Assembly (NCBI GenBank): GCA_041687455.1
Contig: JAWLBY010000003.1
Location: 221,823 to 285,822, forward strand
Length of the DNA stretch: 64,000 nt
Direction: 5' to 3'
Source of the DNA: Lysobacteraceae bacterium
Lineage (GTDB): Bacteria; Pseudomonadota; Gammaproteobacteria; Xanthomonadales; Xanthomonadaceae
The position numbers were made by a program, and so were the translations under genes. Of this stretch, positions 18,913 to 27,217 are shown in pieces (positions within the stretch are counted from its first letter, which is position 1; each line of letters starts with the position of its first letter). The notes under the pieces are model-generated. The model was not told the origin of the DNA and made no database searches. It worked only from the letters and a program-made list of their open reading frames with translations.

Positions 18913-20280
18913 TCAGTGCGAGCCGGTCGATGTGGTGATCCACGCCTCGGCGAACTCGACCGGATCGCCGGCATCGGAGTTCAGGTGGACGTCGGGGGCA
19001 TAGCCTTCGTCGTCGACCGATCCGGCGGGCAGCTCGCGCGAGAAATACAGCGGGTAGCCGAACCAGAAGCGGAACTGATCGCTTCCGATCGGGTGCAGCG
19101 ATACCTGCATGTAGTCGATGTTTCCGCGAGTCGGCTGGCCGATCGTGACCACCTTGCGGCTCTGGCTCGCATGGAAGATGAACGCCTCGGCCGCGCTGCC
19201 CACTCCGCGATCCTGCAGGACGACGACCTGACCGGGATTCTCCGGATAGGACGGCATGCCATCGCTCCGGTTCTCGAGGTAGGGCACGATCTCGCCCGGA
19301 TTCGCCTTCATGCGTGCGAGCGGTTCGTCCAGCCATGAGCCGTTCTGGCCGAGGCGCTCGCGAAAGGTCTCGAAATAGCTCACGGTCCACGGTGACGCAC
19401 GCACGCTGGTCGGTCGACTGACCACGATGTCGTTGGCGAGAAAATACGGTGCGAGCGGGAAGTAGATCGCGTCGCCACCGGCATTGCCGCGGACGTCGAC
19501 GATCAGCGCGCGGCCCGCAGCCCACTGTGTGCCGTGCTCGGCAATGATCGCCTGCAGCGGCTCGCGGTGCTGCGGCATGAAGGATGGCATCGACAGGTAA
19601 TGGACCCCGTCGCCGAAGTCCTGCGCGAGCGGTGCCATCGGATCATTCGTGTTCAGGCGCCTGGCACCGACGCGTCCCCAGCCCTGGGTGCCGAAGGTCA
19701 ACAGATCGCCCGCCCTGCGCAACTGCGCTTCGGAGCGCTGCCAGCCCCAGCTTTCGTGCTGCCAGGCAATCCGGTAGCCATCTGCATCACGCTCGAGCAG
19801 CGCGATCGGTTCGGCGCTCTTGCGCTCGTCCGTGCGCAGCGCGAGGAACTGACCGCTCCGGAGTCCAGGGTCGCGCACCACGGCAATGCGGCCGCTGGCG
19901 TCGAACCAGCGGCCTTCGATCGGGTCCATTGCTTCGGTCTTGTCGAAGTAGGCGCCGATGCGCCTGGCTGTCCACCGACGGGCAGGGCGTGGCAGCGGGG
20001 AGGTCGGGTTCTCGCGACTGGCGGCGAACAGATGGTGGTCGGAGAAGAAGCCCAGGTAGGCATCCAGCACGCGCCGACATGCGGCATGGTCGGCGGCGGC
20101 CAGCGCGCGTCCGCGCATCAGCTCGCGGAAGCGGCGGTATGCGCCGCGCGCATCGTCGTCGTCCAGCTTGACGACGTATCCGGCGTAGTGGGTTTCGGTG
20201 GCCGACACGACATCGTCGAAGGCCGACGGACAGCCGGCCGAGGCAACAGTGGCGGCGAGCAGCAGGATTGGAAGGGACAT
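18913..20280 (-). CDS. S41 family peptidase, exported
   Basis: Signal peptide MSLPILLLAATVASAGC. S41 motifs LIVDVRGNAGGD and GVGSAAEAF (catalytic Ser region). Confidence 0.8.
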   Translation of the reverse strand: MSLPILLLAATVASAGCPSAFDDVVSATETHYAGYVVKLDDDDARGAYRRFRELMRGRALAAADHAACRRVLDAYLGFFSDHHLFAASRENPTSPLPRPARRWTARRIGAYFDKTEAMDPIEGRWFDASGRIAVVRDPGLRSGQFLALRTDERKSAEPIALLERDADGYRIAWQHESWGWQRSEAQLRRAGDLLTFGTQGWGRVGARRLNTNDPMAPLAQDFGDGVHYLSMPSFMPQHREPLQAIIAEHGTQWAAGRALIVDVRGNAGGDAIYFPLAPYFLANDIVVSRPTSVRASPWTVSYFETFRERLGQNGSWLDEPLARMKANPGEIVPYLENRSDGMPSYPENPGQVVVLQDRGVGSAAEAFIFHASQSRKVVTIGQPTRGNIDYMQVSLHPIGSDQFRFWFGYPLYFSRELPAGSVDDEGYAPDVHLNSDAGDPVEFAEAWITTSTGSH

Positions 20281-20472
20281 CGCGAACTCCGGTGTGCGAC
20301 GCGGGCGGCCAGTCTTCCGGTCGGGTGACCCGCTGACATGCGCCGCAAGTCATTACGTTCGACGGGCTGCCAACCCGCCACGCGCGGGGCCGCGGAGGCT
20401 CTCCGCACTCGTGTGAACGCGACTGTTGTGGCAGGCTGGCATGGCAGCGACGGCGCTGCTTCCAGGGGGAAC

Positions 20473-20820
20473 ATGATGGTTGGAACGTATGGTCGCGGCG
20501 TCGCCGCGGCGGCACTCACCGCGGTGCTTGCGTTGCTGGCGAGCGACCCGGCGGCAGCCGAGGATCGGCGGGTCAAGGTCATCAACGAAACGAGCTACAC
20601 GGTGGTCGAGTTCTACGGCTCGAACGCCGGCAGCCGGAGCTGGGAAGAGGACGTGCTCGGCGAGGACGTGCTGTTGCCGGGCCAGTCGGTGATCGTCAAC
20701 TTCGACGACGGCTCCGGGTACTGCAGGTTCGATTTTCTGGCCCGATTCGAAGACGGCGACGAGGTCGAGAAGCACGACATCGACGTCTGCGAGATCGGCG
20801 TGTTCCGGTTGACCGAGTAG
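20473..20820 (+). CDS. Small acidic exported protein, unknown function
   Basis: ATG 20473. Signal peptide ending ASDPAAAED. The ~85 aa mature part has 2 Cys (GYCRFDF, DIDVCEIG). The upstream part of track ORF 20338..20820 is implausible. Confidence 0.55.
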   Translation: MMVGTYGRGVAAAALTAVLALLASDPAAAEDRRVKVINETSYTVVEFYGSNAGSRSWEEDVLGEDVLLPGQSVIVNFDDGSGYCRFDFLARFEDGDEVEKHDIDVCEIGVFRLTE

Positions 20821-20842
20821 TCTCCGGGCCACGCATCCGGCG

Positions 20843-20871
20843 CCGGCGCGCCATGTCGGCAGGCGCGCCGG
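20843..20871. terminator. GC-rich hairpin between convergent genes (possible bidirectional terminator)
   Basis: CCGGCGCGCC (20843..20852) pairs perfectly with GGCGCGCCGG (20862..20871), with a 9 nt loop. There is no U-tract, so function is uncertain. Confidence 0.3.
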
Positions 20872-20935
20872 GTCGGTACAAGCAGCACCGCGACCGCAGC
20901 CGGTTGCGGCCGGTGCGCAGGCGTTTCCGATCCGG

Positions 20936-21682
20936 TCAGAGCCGGCGGCCGGTTACTTCCGTTTTCAGTTGCACGGCCGGCCGCTCTGCGATCGGCTCGT
21001 TGCCGCCGCTACCGTTCGCTGCGTCATCCTCGAAACACGGCACGCCGTCGAGGCAGAAGTTGACCGGCACCTTGATGGAGCTGCCGATCGGCTGTCCGGC
21101 GACCTGCTCGGGAATGAAGGTCCATTTCGACACCGCGTCGATGGTGTGGGTGGACAACATCTTCGTGTGCCGGTTGCCGGTGCTGCGGATCGAGTCGACT
21201 GTTGCGGCAACCACCTTGCCGTCGGCATCGATCTCGACCGCGAGCACGAGGCGGGCGGCGGTCCGCGACCGGAGCGCCGTCAACGGGTACCGCGGCGGTT
21301 GGATCTGGTCGTACGCCGGGCCGTTGCTCGCGTGAATGATCCGCAGCGCATAGGCATCGCCAACACCGGTTGGCTCGGCCAGCACGGTGATCAGCAGTTG
21401 CGTGACACTCGGCGCCGGCTGGCCGTCGATCCGTGCCGGTTCGAATTCCCAGCCGCGCACGTCGCGCTCAAGTGGCATGCGGATCGCGTCGCTCATTCCT
21501 TCCTGGTGGAATTGCACGTCCGTGACCCGGCCGTGCTCGTCGACTGCTACGGCTGCCAGGAAGCTCGCCTTGAGTGGTTCGGGCGCCGGTTTCGCATGGC
21601 TCGACGCAGCCAGAACGGCGAGCATGAAGGTCAGGATCAGGTGTCGATGCATTCTGTGGTCCGGTATGCGGGTACGGTTCAT
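20936..21682 (-). CDS. Exported protein with two TonB-C-terminal-like domains
   Basis: Signal-like region HRHLILTFMLAVLAASSHA. Two repeats of the TonB_C pattern (..VDEHGRVTDVQF..WEFEPARIDGQP.. and ..IDADGKVVAATV..WTFIPEQVAGQPIGSSIKVPVNF). Confidence 0.6.
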   Translation of the reverse strand: MNRTRIPDHRMHRHLILTFMLAVLAASSHAKPAPEPLKASFLAAVAVDEHGRVTDVQFHQEGMSDAIRMPLERDVRGWEFEPARIDGQPAPSVTQLLITVLAEPTGVGDAYALRIIHASNGPAYDQIQPPRYPLTALRSRTAARLVLAVEIDADGKVVAATVDSIRSTGNRHTKMLSTHTIDAVSKWTFIPEQVAGQPIGSSIKVPVNFCLDGVPCFEDDAANGSGGNEPIAERPAVQLKTEVTGRRL

Positions 21683-21836
21683 GATTGTCGATGTATCGAA
21701 TCCTGAAGCCAACGACGCCGCTGCCGGGGCGGTGTGACGTCATGGGTGGTGACATCCGGCACTGTCGGACGTGCGCGCACGGCGTCAAACATTGCTGGAC
21801 CGATCGCAGTCGCGATGCGGACTTCGAGGAGATTCG

Positions 21837-23234
21837 ATGCCTGTCGACGATTTTGATCCGATTCTCGAACGGACCCACGCGCGCGCACTCGAGTATCTGC
21901 ACGCGCAGCCCGATCGCCATGTCGGCGCTCGCGCCAGTCGTGACGAACTGCTCGCCGCGCTGCGGACGCCGTTGCCGAACGACGGCGTGCCGGCCGCATC
22001 GGCGATCGATCGGCTGGCGGCACAGGCTGCGCGCGGTGCGATCGCGAGTGGCTCGCCGCGCTACTTCGGATTCGTGATCGGCGGCAGTCATCCGGTCGCG
22101 CTGGCTGCCGACTGGCTGACAACGACCTGGGACCAGAACGCCGGCATCTACGCAACGTCGCCGCTGGCCTCGGTGATCGAGGAGGTCGCCGGCCAGTGGC
22201 TGGTCGACCTGTTCGGCCTGCCATCGGAGTCCGAGGCAGGGTTCGTGACCGGCTGCCAGATGGCGAGCTTCACCGGTCTCGCCGCGGCACGCCACGCGGT
22301 GCTGCGCCGGGTCGGCTGGGACGTCGAGCTCGACGGTCTGCACGGTGCGCCGCCGGTGAACATCGTCACGTCGGCCGAGTCGCACGTGACGATCGACGTC
22401 GCGCTGCGCTATCTCGGCTTCGGCACCCGTGCGGTCCGCCGAGTCGAGGTCGATGCGCAGGGGCGGATGCGGGCGGACCGGCTGGCCGAGTTGCTTGCCA
22501 CGTTGTCCGGGCCGACCATCGTCTGCGCGCAGGCCGGCAACGTGAACAGCGGCGCATTCGATCCATTGCGACAGATCGCCGAACTGGCCGGCACACACGG
22601 CGCCTGGCTGCATGTGGATGGCGCGTTCGGCCTGTGGGCGCGAGCCAGTCGACGCCTGCGCGACCTCGCCGACGGCATCGAACTGGCCGACTCCTGGGCC
22701 ACCGACGCGCACAAGTGGCTGAACGTGCCCTACGACTGTGGCGTCGCGATCGTCCGTCATCCGCAGGACCACCGTGCCGCGATGACCTCAGCCGCGGCGT
22801 ATCTGATCCAGAGCGCCGGGGCCGAACGCGATGCGGTCGACTGGGTGCCGGATTTCTCGCGCCGTGGCCGTGGCGTGCCGGTGTATGCGACGCTGCTCCA
22901 CCTCGGTCGCACCGGCATCGAATCGCTGGTCGATCGCTGCTGCGAGCGGGCCCGGCAGTTCGCCGATCTGCTCGCCGCGGAGCCCGGCGTCGACGTGCTG
23001 AACGACGTCGTGCTCAACCAGGTGCTGGTGCGCTTCGGCGATGACGACGACACGACCCGTGCGGTGGTGGCCGGCGTACAGCAGGAGGGCACCTGCTGGC
23101 TGAGCGGCACGCAATGGCGCGGTGTCGCCGCGATGCGGATTTCGGTCTCGAACTGGTCCACGTCGGCGCAGGATGTCGAATCCAGCGCCGCCGCGATCCT
23201 GGCCGTGTTCCGGGCGCTGCAGAACCGGCGCTGA
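21837..23234 (+). CDS. Group II pyridoxal-phosphate-dependent decarboxylase
   Basis: ATG 21837 after GAGGA. PLP-lysine motif SWATDAHKWLNVPYDCG. Length is about 465 aa. Confidence 0.8.
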   Translation: MPVDDFDPILERTHARALEYLHAQPDRHVGARASRDELLAALRTPLPNDGVPAASAIDRLAAQAARGAIASGSPRYFGFVIGGSHPVALAADWLTTTWDQNAGIYATSPLASVIEEVAGQWLVDLFGLPSESEAGFVTGCQMASFTGLAAARHAVLRRVGWDVELDGLHGAPPVNIVTSAESHVTIDVALRYLGFGTRAVRRVEVDAQGRMRADRLAELLATLSGPTIVCAQAGNVNSGAFDPLRQIAELAGTHGAWLHVDGAFGLWARASRRLRDLADGIELADSWATDAHKWLNVPYDCGVAIVRHPQDHRAAMTSAAAYLIQSAGAERDAVDWVPDFSRRGRGVPVYATLLHLGRTGIESLVDRCCERARQFADLLAAEPGVDVLNDVVLNQVLVRFGDDDDTTRAVVAGVQQEGTCWLSGTQWRGVAAMRISVSNWSTSAQDVESSAAAILAVFRALQNRR

Positions 23235-23300
23235 GCGCGGGCCGAAGGCGCCCGCACCGCCGCCAGCAGCGGTTCACGCGGGCTGCGAAACGATGAGTCC

Positions 23301-23936
23301 GTGGACACCTCGGTGGTCATCGCCGATCGCCATCCGCTGCTGCTGGACGGCCTCGAACACGCGTTGCGCGGCAGCGACGGGTTCACTGTCGTCGCGCGCT
23401 GCGATCGCGGCGACGATGTGCTGACCGCGATCGACGTGCACGCACCGGACATCGTCGTGATGGATCCGGCCGTGCCGGGAATGCAAGGACTCGCCGTGCT
23501 TGCCGAACTGCAGCGCAGGAGCGCGCCGACGCGGATGATCTTCCTGACCGACAGCATCTCGCAGCGTGACGTGCAGGATGCGGTGCGGCTGGGCATCTGG
23601 GGCATCGTGCTGAAAGAGCTGTCGACACGGCTGGTCCTGCAATGCCTGCAGAAAGTCCGGCGCGGCGGTCGTTGGGTCGAGAACCAGGCGATCCATGCAG
23701 CGCTGGCGGCGGCGATCGGCCGCGACACTGCGCCCGTCGGCATCGATCGGTTGACCCGCCGCGAGCTCGATACGGTCCGCATGGTCGCTCAGGGAATGCG
23801 GAACAAGGCCATCGCGCGTTCGCTGCAGATCAGCGAAGTGACGGTCAAGACCCACGTCCGAAACGTCTATCGCAAGCTCGGCGTGAACAGTCGGGTGGCG
23901 GTGCGCTGCTACGCAGAGACCCGGCATATCGTCTGA
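23301..23936 (+). CDS. NarL/FixJ (LuxR-type HTH) response regulator, no adjacent kinase
   Basis: GTG start. Receiver features VVIADRHPLL, DIVVMDPAVPGM, IFLTDS and IVLKE. C-terminal LuxR HTH LTRRELDTVRMVAQGMRNKAIARSLQISEVTVKTHVRNVYRKLGV. Confidence 0.85.
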   Translation: MDTSVVIADRHPLLLDGLEHALRGSDGFTVVARCDRGDDVLTAIDVHAPDIVVMDPAVPGMQGLAVLAELQRRSAPTRMIFLTDSISQRDVQDAVRLGIWGIVLKELSTRLVLQCLQKVRRGGRWVENQAIHAALAAAIGRDTAPVGIDRLTRRELDTVRMVAQGMRNKAIARSLQISEVTVKTHVRNVYRKLGVNSRVAVRCYAETRHIV

Positions 23937-23977
23937 TTGCCGGTGCGGTCTCCGCGGCGACGAGCATGCGGCCACCG

Positions 23978-24013
23978 CGCAGCGACCGGTGCCGGTGGCA
24001 CCCGGTCGCTGCG
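23978..24013. terminator. Strong hairpin between convergent genes (possible bidirectional terminator)
   Basis: CGCAGCGACCGG (23978..23989) pairs with CCGGTCGCTGCG (24002..24013). Pairing extends inward by 4 more bp with one bulged C and a 3 nt loop. No U-tract. Confidence 0.4.
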
Positions 24014-24038
24014 GGTCGGATGGCGTGAACGAGCCGGA

Positions 24039-24842
24039 TCAGTTCAGCGGACAGCCGGTGTTGTTCGCCTCGTCGAGCAGGCCGGCATAGGCAATCATCG
24101 TCGCGCGGTTGCCGGTCGCGAGCGCGGCGTTGACGCCGTCGATCACTTCGGCTTCGCTGAGCGGATAGCCGACATCGCCGTGCGCGGCATTCAACAGCGC
24201 CGCGACGGCCTGCTTGAACAGGATGCGCCTGGCACCGTCAACGCCCGGGCCGCCGTGGAACTTCAGTGCCGCGAGCAGGCTGTCGTTCCAACCGGTCGCG
24301 AACACCGATGACAGCGGGTCGGGCGGCGCATACGACGCCGGCCACGATGCCAGATGGTTCTTCCAGTATCCGAGCGTGCAACCGCCCAGCTCGACCACTT
24401 CGCAGGTGTAGCAGAATTCGACGTACTCGATCTTCGCGCACTTGTCGTACGACGGCGGCGCATGCAGGCCGGTATCCGCACTCAGCGGCGGGTCGTAGCT
24501 GTAGAAGTTGCCCTTGCTCGGCCCGCCAACGATGACCGCATGAACGCTGCACTGCGGCGGCTGGTTCTTGGTCCAGTCGACCAGCCAGTCGTAGCCCGAC
24601 TTGTACTGGTCCAGCGTGACGCTGAGGGTGCCGTCGTGGTGGTGCGACACGCCGACCGCGACGGGGCTGATCCGGAAGCCGGTCGTGTCGGGAGCGAGGT
24701 CCGCACAGGTCTTGCTGCCGTAGAACTTGGTGACGACCGGGTTCGGCGTTTCGTAGCCGGTTGCCAGTGCCGTGGCCGGCAATGCCATGGCGAGCGCAAG
24801 CAACGCCCGCCGGGTCCCGCGCGAAATGAGCGTGCTGAACAT
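24039..24842 (-). CDS. Exported Cys-containing protein of unknown function
   Basis: ATG with AGGAGG upstream. Signal peptide MFSTLISRGTRRALLALAMALPATALA. 8 Cys, including the cluster CAKIEYVEFCYTCEVVELGGCTLGYWKNH. Helical C-terminal half. Confidence 0.6.
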   Translation of the reverse strand: MFSTLISRGTRRALLALAMALPATALATGYETPNPVVTKFYGSKTCADLAPDTTGFRISPVAVGVSHHHDGTLSVTLDQYKSGYDWLVDWTKNQPPQCSVHAVIVGGPSKGNFYSYDPPLSADTGLHAPPSYDKCAKIEYVEFCYTCEVVELGGCTLGYWKNHLASWPASYAPPDPLSSVFATGWNDSLLAALKFHGGPGVDGARRILFKQAVAALLNAAHGDVGYPLSEAEVIDGVNAALATGNRATMIAYAGLLDEANNTGCPLN

Positions 24843-24924
24843 GGGTCTGCCTCCTGCAGAATCCGGTCCTTGGCCGGGGGACTCCAGCTTAGGCAGACGG
24901 ATTCGGCAGCAACATCGCGCGGAA

Positions 24925-24971
24925 GGGTGAGATTCCGCTCACCCGAAGGAGGTAGTGACTCCTCCTTCGGG
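24925..24971 (-). promoter_or_regulatory. Two overlapping (mutually exclusive) hairpins in the leader of the 24039..24842 gene / trailer of the 25068..25880 gene
   Basis: GGGTGAG (24925..24931) pairs with CTCACCC (24938..24944). CCCGAAGGAGG (24942..24952) pairs with CCTCCTTCGGG (24961..24971). The two stems share the CCC at 24942..24944. Confidence 0.35.
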
Positions 24972-25067
24972 AGTATGCCCGCCGGCATGCGCACGAGAAT
25001 GCGACAGCGAACGCGAGGACCGTTCGCGTGCCATCGGAGCCCGGTCGCACCGGGCATCCGGCGGCTA

Positions 25068-25880
25068 CTACTCAGCCAGGTAATCGTTCGCTTCGACCAG
25101 TTCGACGCCGGGCGCCTCGATCACGCATTGGCGCAGCAGGTAGGAATGGCCGTCGCCGTAGAACACGATCGCGCGTCCGCCGGCCGGTACCGCCTGCAGC
25201 AGGCGCGCACAGATGCCCAGATTACGGGCGTACCAGGCGGAGGCCAGCGCGGCGCCGGGCTGCTCGTCGGCTTCGCCGTAGCGCAGCATGTCCATGTAGA
25301 ACGCGTGGCTGTCCGCGGCCCGTTCCGGCGTGTTCATGTAGCGCAGCACCGAACCGATGCTGCCTTCGGCCAACTGCCGACTCATCTCCTGCACGCCACG
25401 GCCGATCGCGGCCATGCCGGCGTCGATCCGGTGGCTCTGGCCATGGCTGTCGGCGAAGGCCTTGACCGGGCCGAACGGGAACTCGCCATTGATGTCGATG
25501 CCGTGCACGCGCTCGAGCCCTACCTTCGCGGCGAGCCGGAAGCCGAGTTGCACGACTTCATTGCGTGATTCCGGCAGCGTACCGGCACGGTACTTCGCGT
25601 AGCGATCGTCGGCCACGGCCGCGGGCCACTCGACCATCACGGCGGTCGGCGCAAACTGCGCGAGACCGTCGACGATCCGGGCCAGCTCGGCCTGCCGTCG
25701 CTCGGCAAGCACATCGTCGACCTGCACGTTGAACATGTCCTGGCCGGGATTGGCCAGGTGGAACAGCCCCACGACCATGACCCGCGCCGGCGCAGCACCG
25801 GCCGTTTCCGGTTCCGGCGACGCTGCCGAGGCGATCGCGGTGAACGTCAGCAGGGACGCGAATAGTACGGGTTTCAGCAT
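25068..25880 (-). CDS. DUF5694-like protein (Tiki/TraB/ChaN superfamily), exported
   Basis: True start is MLKPVLFASLLTFTAIASAAS (ATG at 25880). Motifs VMVVGLFHLANP, EW, W..RN and VFYGDGHSYLL. The rest of track ORF 25068..26708 is an Arg/Gln-rich artefact antisense to NnrU. Confidence 0.7.
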   Translation of the reverse strand: MLKPVLFASLLTFTAIASAASPEPETAGAAPARVMVVGLFHLANPGQDMFNVQVDDVLAERRQAELARIVDGLAQFAPTAVMVEWPAAVADDRYAKYRAGTLPESRNEVVQLGFRLAAKVGLERVHGIDINGEFPFGPVKAFADSHGQSHRIDAGMAAIGRGVQEMSRQLAEGSIGSVLRYMNTPERAADSHAFYMDMLRYGEADEQPGAALASAWYARNLGICARLLQAVPAGGRAIVFYGDGHSYLLRQCVIEAPGVELVEANDYLAE

Positions 25881-25916
25881 CGGGATGGTCCTTGGGACAG
25901 GGATGGACAGGGCTGT

Positions 25917-25934
25917 GATGCGCAGGTGCGCATC
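25917..25934. promoter_or_regulatory. 18 bp perfect palindrome in the divergent DUF5694 / NnrU promoter region (candidate operator)
   Basis: GATGCGCA-GG-TGCGCATC read directly from the sequence. It lies 37 bp from the DUF5694 start and 121 bp from the NnrU start. Confidence 0.35.
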
Positions 25935-26054
25935 CGGGTTTAAAGACGAACGGGAACAAAGCCTCGCGCAGAATCCCGCGATGATATGTGGGGACGCGGG
26001 TGGCCGGCTCGCCAGTGCGCCGCGTCCGCGGCACAATCGTCGGGCTGTCACATC

Positions 26055-26645
26055 ATGGAGATGCTTCCGATGCTGATCCTGCTCGCCGGGCTGGTGCTGT
26101 TCCTGCTCCCGCACTCGCTGTCGTTGTTTGCGCCGGATTGGCGCGACGCGCAGCGCGCACACTTCGGAGCCTTGCCGTGGAAAGCTGTTTACAGCGTGAT
26201 CTCGCTGGCGGGTTTCGTGCTGATCGTGGCCGGCTACGGCATGGCGCGGCAGGCGCCCGTGCCGGTCTGGACGCCGCCGATCGGCATGCGCCATCTGGCA
26301 GGGGTGTTGATGCTGCCGTCGTTCGTGTTGCTGGTTGCCGCGTACATGCCTGCCAATCATCTGCGCCGCTGGATCGGGCATCCGATGCTGGCTGCCGTCG
26401 TGCTGTGGGCGGTGGCCCATCTGCTGGCGAACGGCTTCGCGCACGACCTGTTGCTGTTCGGCGCGTTCCTGCTGTGGGCAGTGATGCTGTTGCTGCGACT
26501 GCGACGGCGAGATCGACTGGCTGGGCGCATGTTCGCGCCATCGCGCGCATGGTCGACAACCGCGTCCATCGTGCTCGGTGCGCTGTTGTGGGCGCTGTTC
26601 GCGCGTTACCTGCACCTGCTGCTGATCGGCGTGCCGACGATCTGA
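26055..26645 (+). CDS. NnrU family membrane protein
   Basis: MEMLPMLILLAGLVLFLLPHSL..WKAVYSVISLAGFVLIV..HPMLAAVVLWAVAHLLANG pattern, typical of NnrU. About 5 TM helices. Confidence 0.8.
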   Translation: MEMLPMLILLAGLVLFLLPHSLSLFAPDWRDAQRAHFGALPWKAVYSVISLAGFVLIVAGYGMARQAPVPVWTPPIGMRHLAGVLMLPSFVLLVAAYMPANHLRRWIGHPMLAAVVLWAVAHLLANGFAHDLLLFGAFLLWAVMLLLRLRRRDRLAGRMFAPSRAWSTTASIVLGALLWALFARYLHLLLIGVPTI

Positions 26646-26658
26646 TCGAGCGCCGTCG

Positions 26659-27204
26659 TCAGCGCGCGCGTGCCGCAAGCGATGGTGGCGGCCCGTCGAT
26701 GATTTCATTGCTGACGCTGGTCAGAAGGCCATGGAACTGCGACGCCGGGTCGTCGATGTACAGTTGCAGGCCTCCGCGAGCGTCGACCGCGGCGGCGTAG
26801 CACTGCGGCGTACTCGAAACCCACTGGTGCAGTACGCACAGCCGCTCGCCGTCGACGCTCCAGGCGTCGCCATCGACCGAATTCGGCGCGTTGTGCAGAT
26901 GATTGTCGACCGCGATGAACCGTCCATCCGGGTTGAAATGGCGGTAGACGACGTAGTCGCCCCGGCTGCCGTCCGGAAAACTGCCGTAGCGATAGCCGAA
27001 CGAGCGGCCGGACAGAAACGCGACCAGCGCCTTGCCATGCAGGCGCTCTCCGCGCTCAACCTGCGCGGTCGACAGCCGCATCAACCGCTCGCGACGGTCG
27101 GCCTCCTTCCTGGCTTGCTGTGCGTAGTAGGCACCATCGTTCCACGGACTGCAGGCGATCAGAAGCAGTGCGCAAGCAAGCAGGCAGGCGCTGCGGAGGT
27201 TCAC
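26659..27204 (-). CDS. Hypothetical lipoprotein
   Basis: GTG start. Lipobox LLLIAC|S. No family recognised. The start lies 13 bp downstream of the stop of the preceding Tiki-like gene, so the two are probably one operon. Confidence 0.5.
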   Translation of the reverse strand: MNLRSACLLACALLLIACSPWNDGAYYAQQARKEADRRERLMRLSTAQVERGERLHGKALVAFLSGRSFGYRYGSFPDGSRGDYVVYRHFNPDGRFIAVDNHLHNAPNSVDGDAWSVDGERLCVLHQWVSSTPQCYAAAVDARGGLQLYIDDPASQFHGLLTSVSNEIIDGPPPSLAARAR

Positions 27205-27217
27205 GACGACTTCGGAG

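Noticed and set aside
21468-23782. Minus-strand ORFs 21468..22772 (434 aa) and 22757..23782 (341 aa)
   Set aside because: They are antisense to the PLP decarboxylase and LuxR response regulator genes. No motifs, with Arg/Ser/Ala bias.
25881-26708. Upstream extension of the 546 aa minus-strand ORF 25068..26708
   Set aside because: It is antisense to NnrU and is R/Q/H-rich. The signal peptide MLKPVLFASLL marks the real start at 25880.
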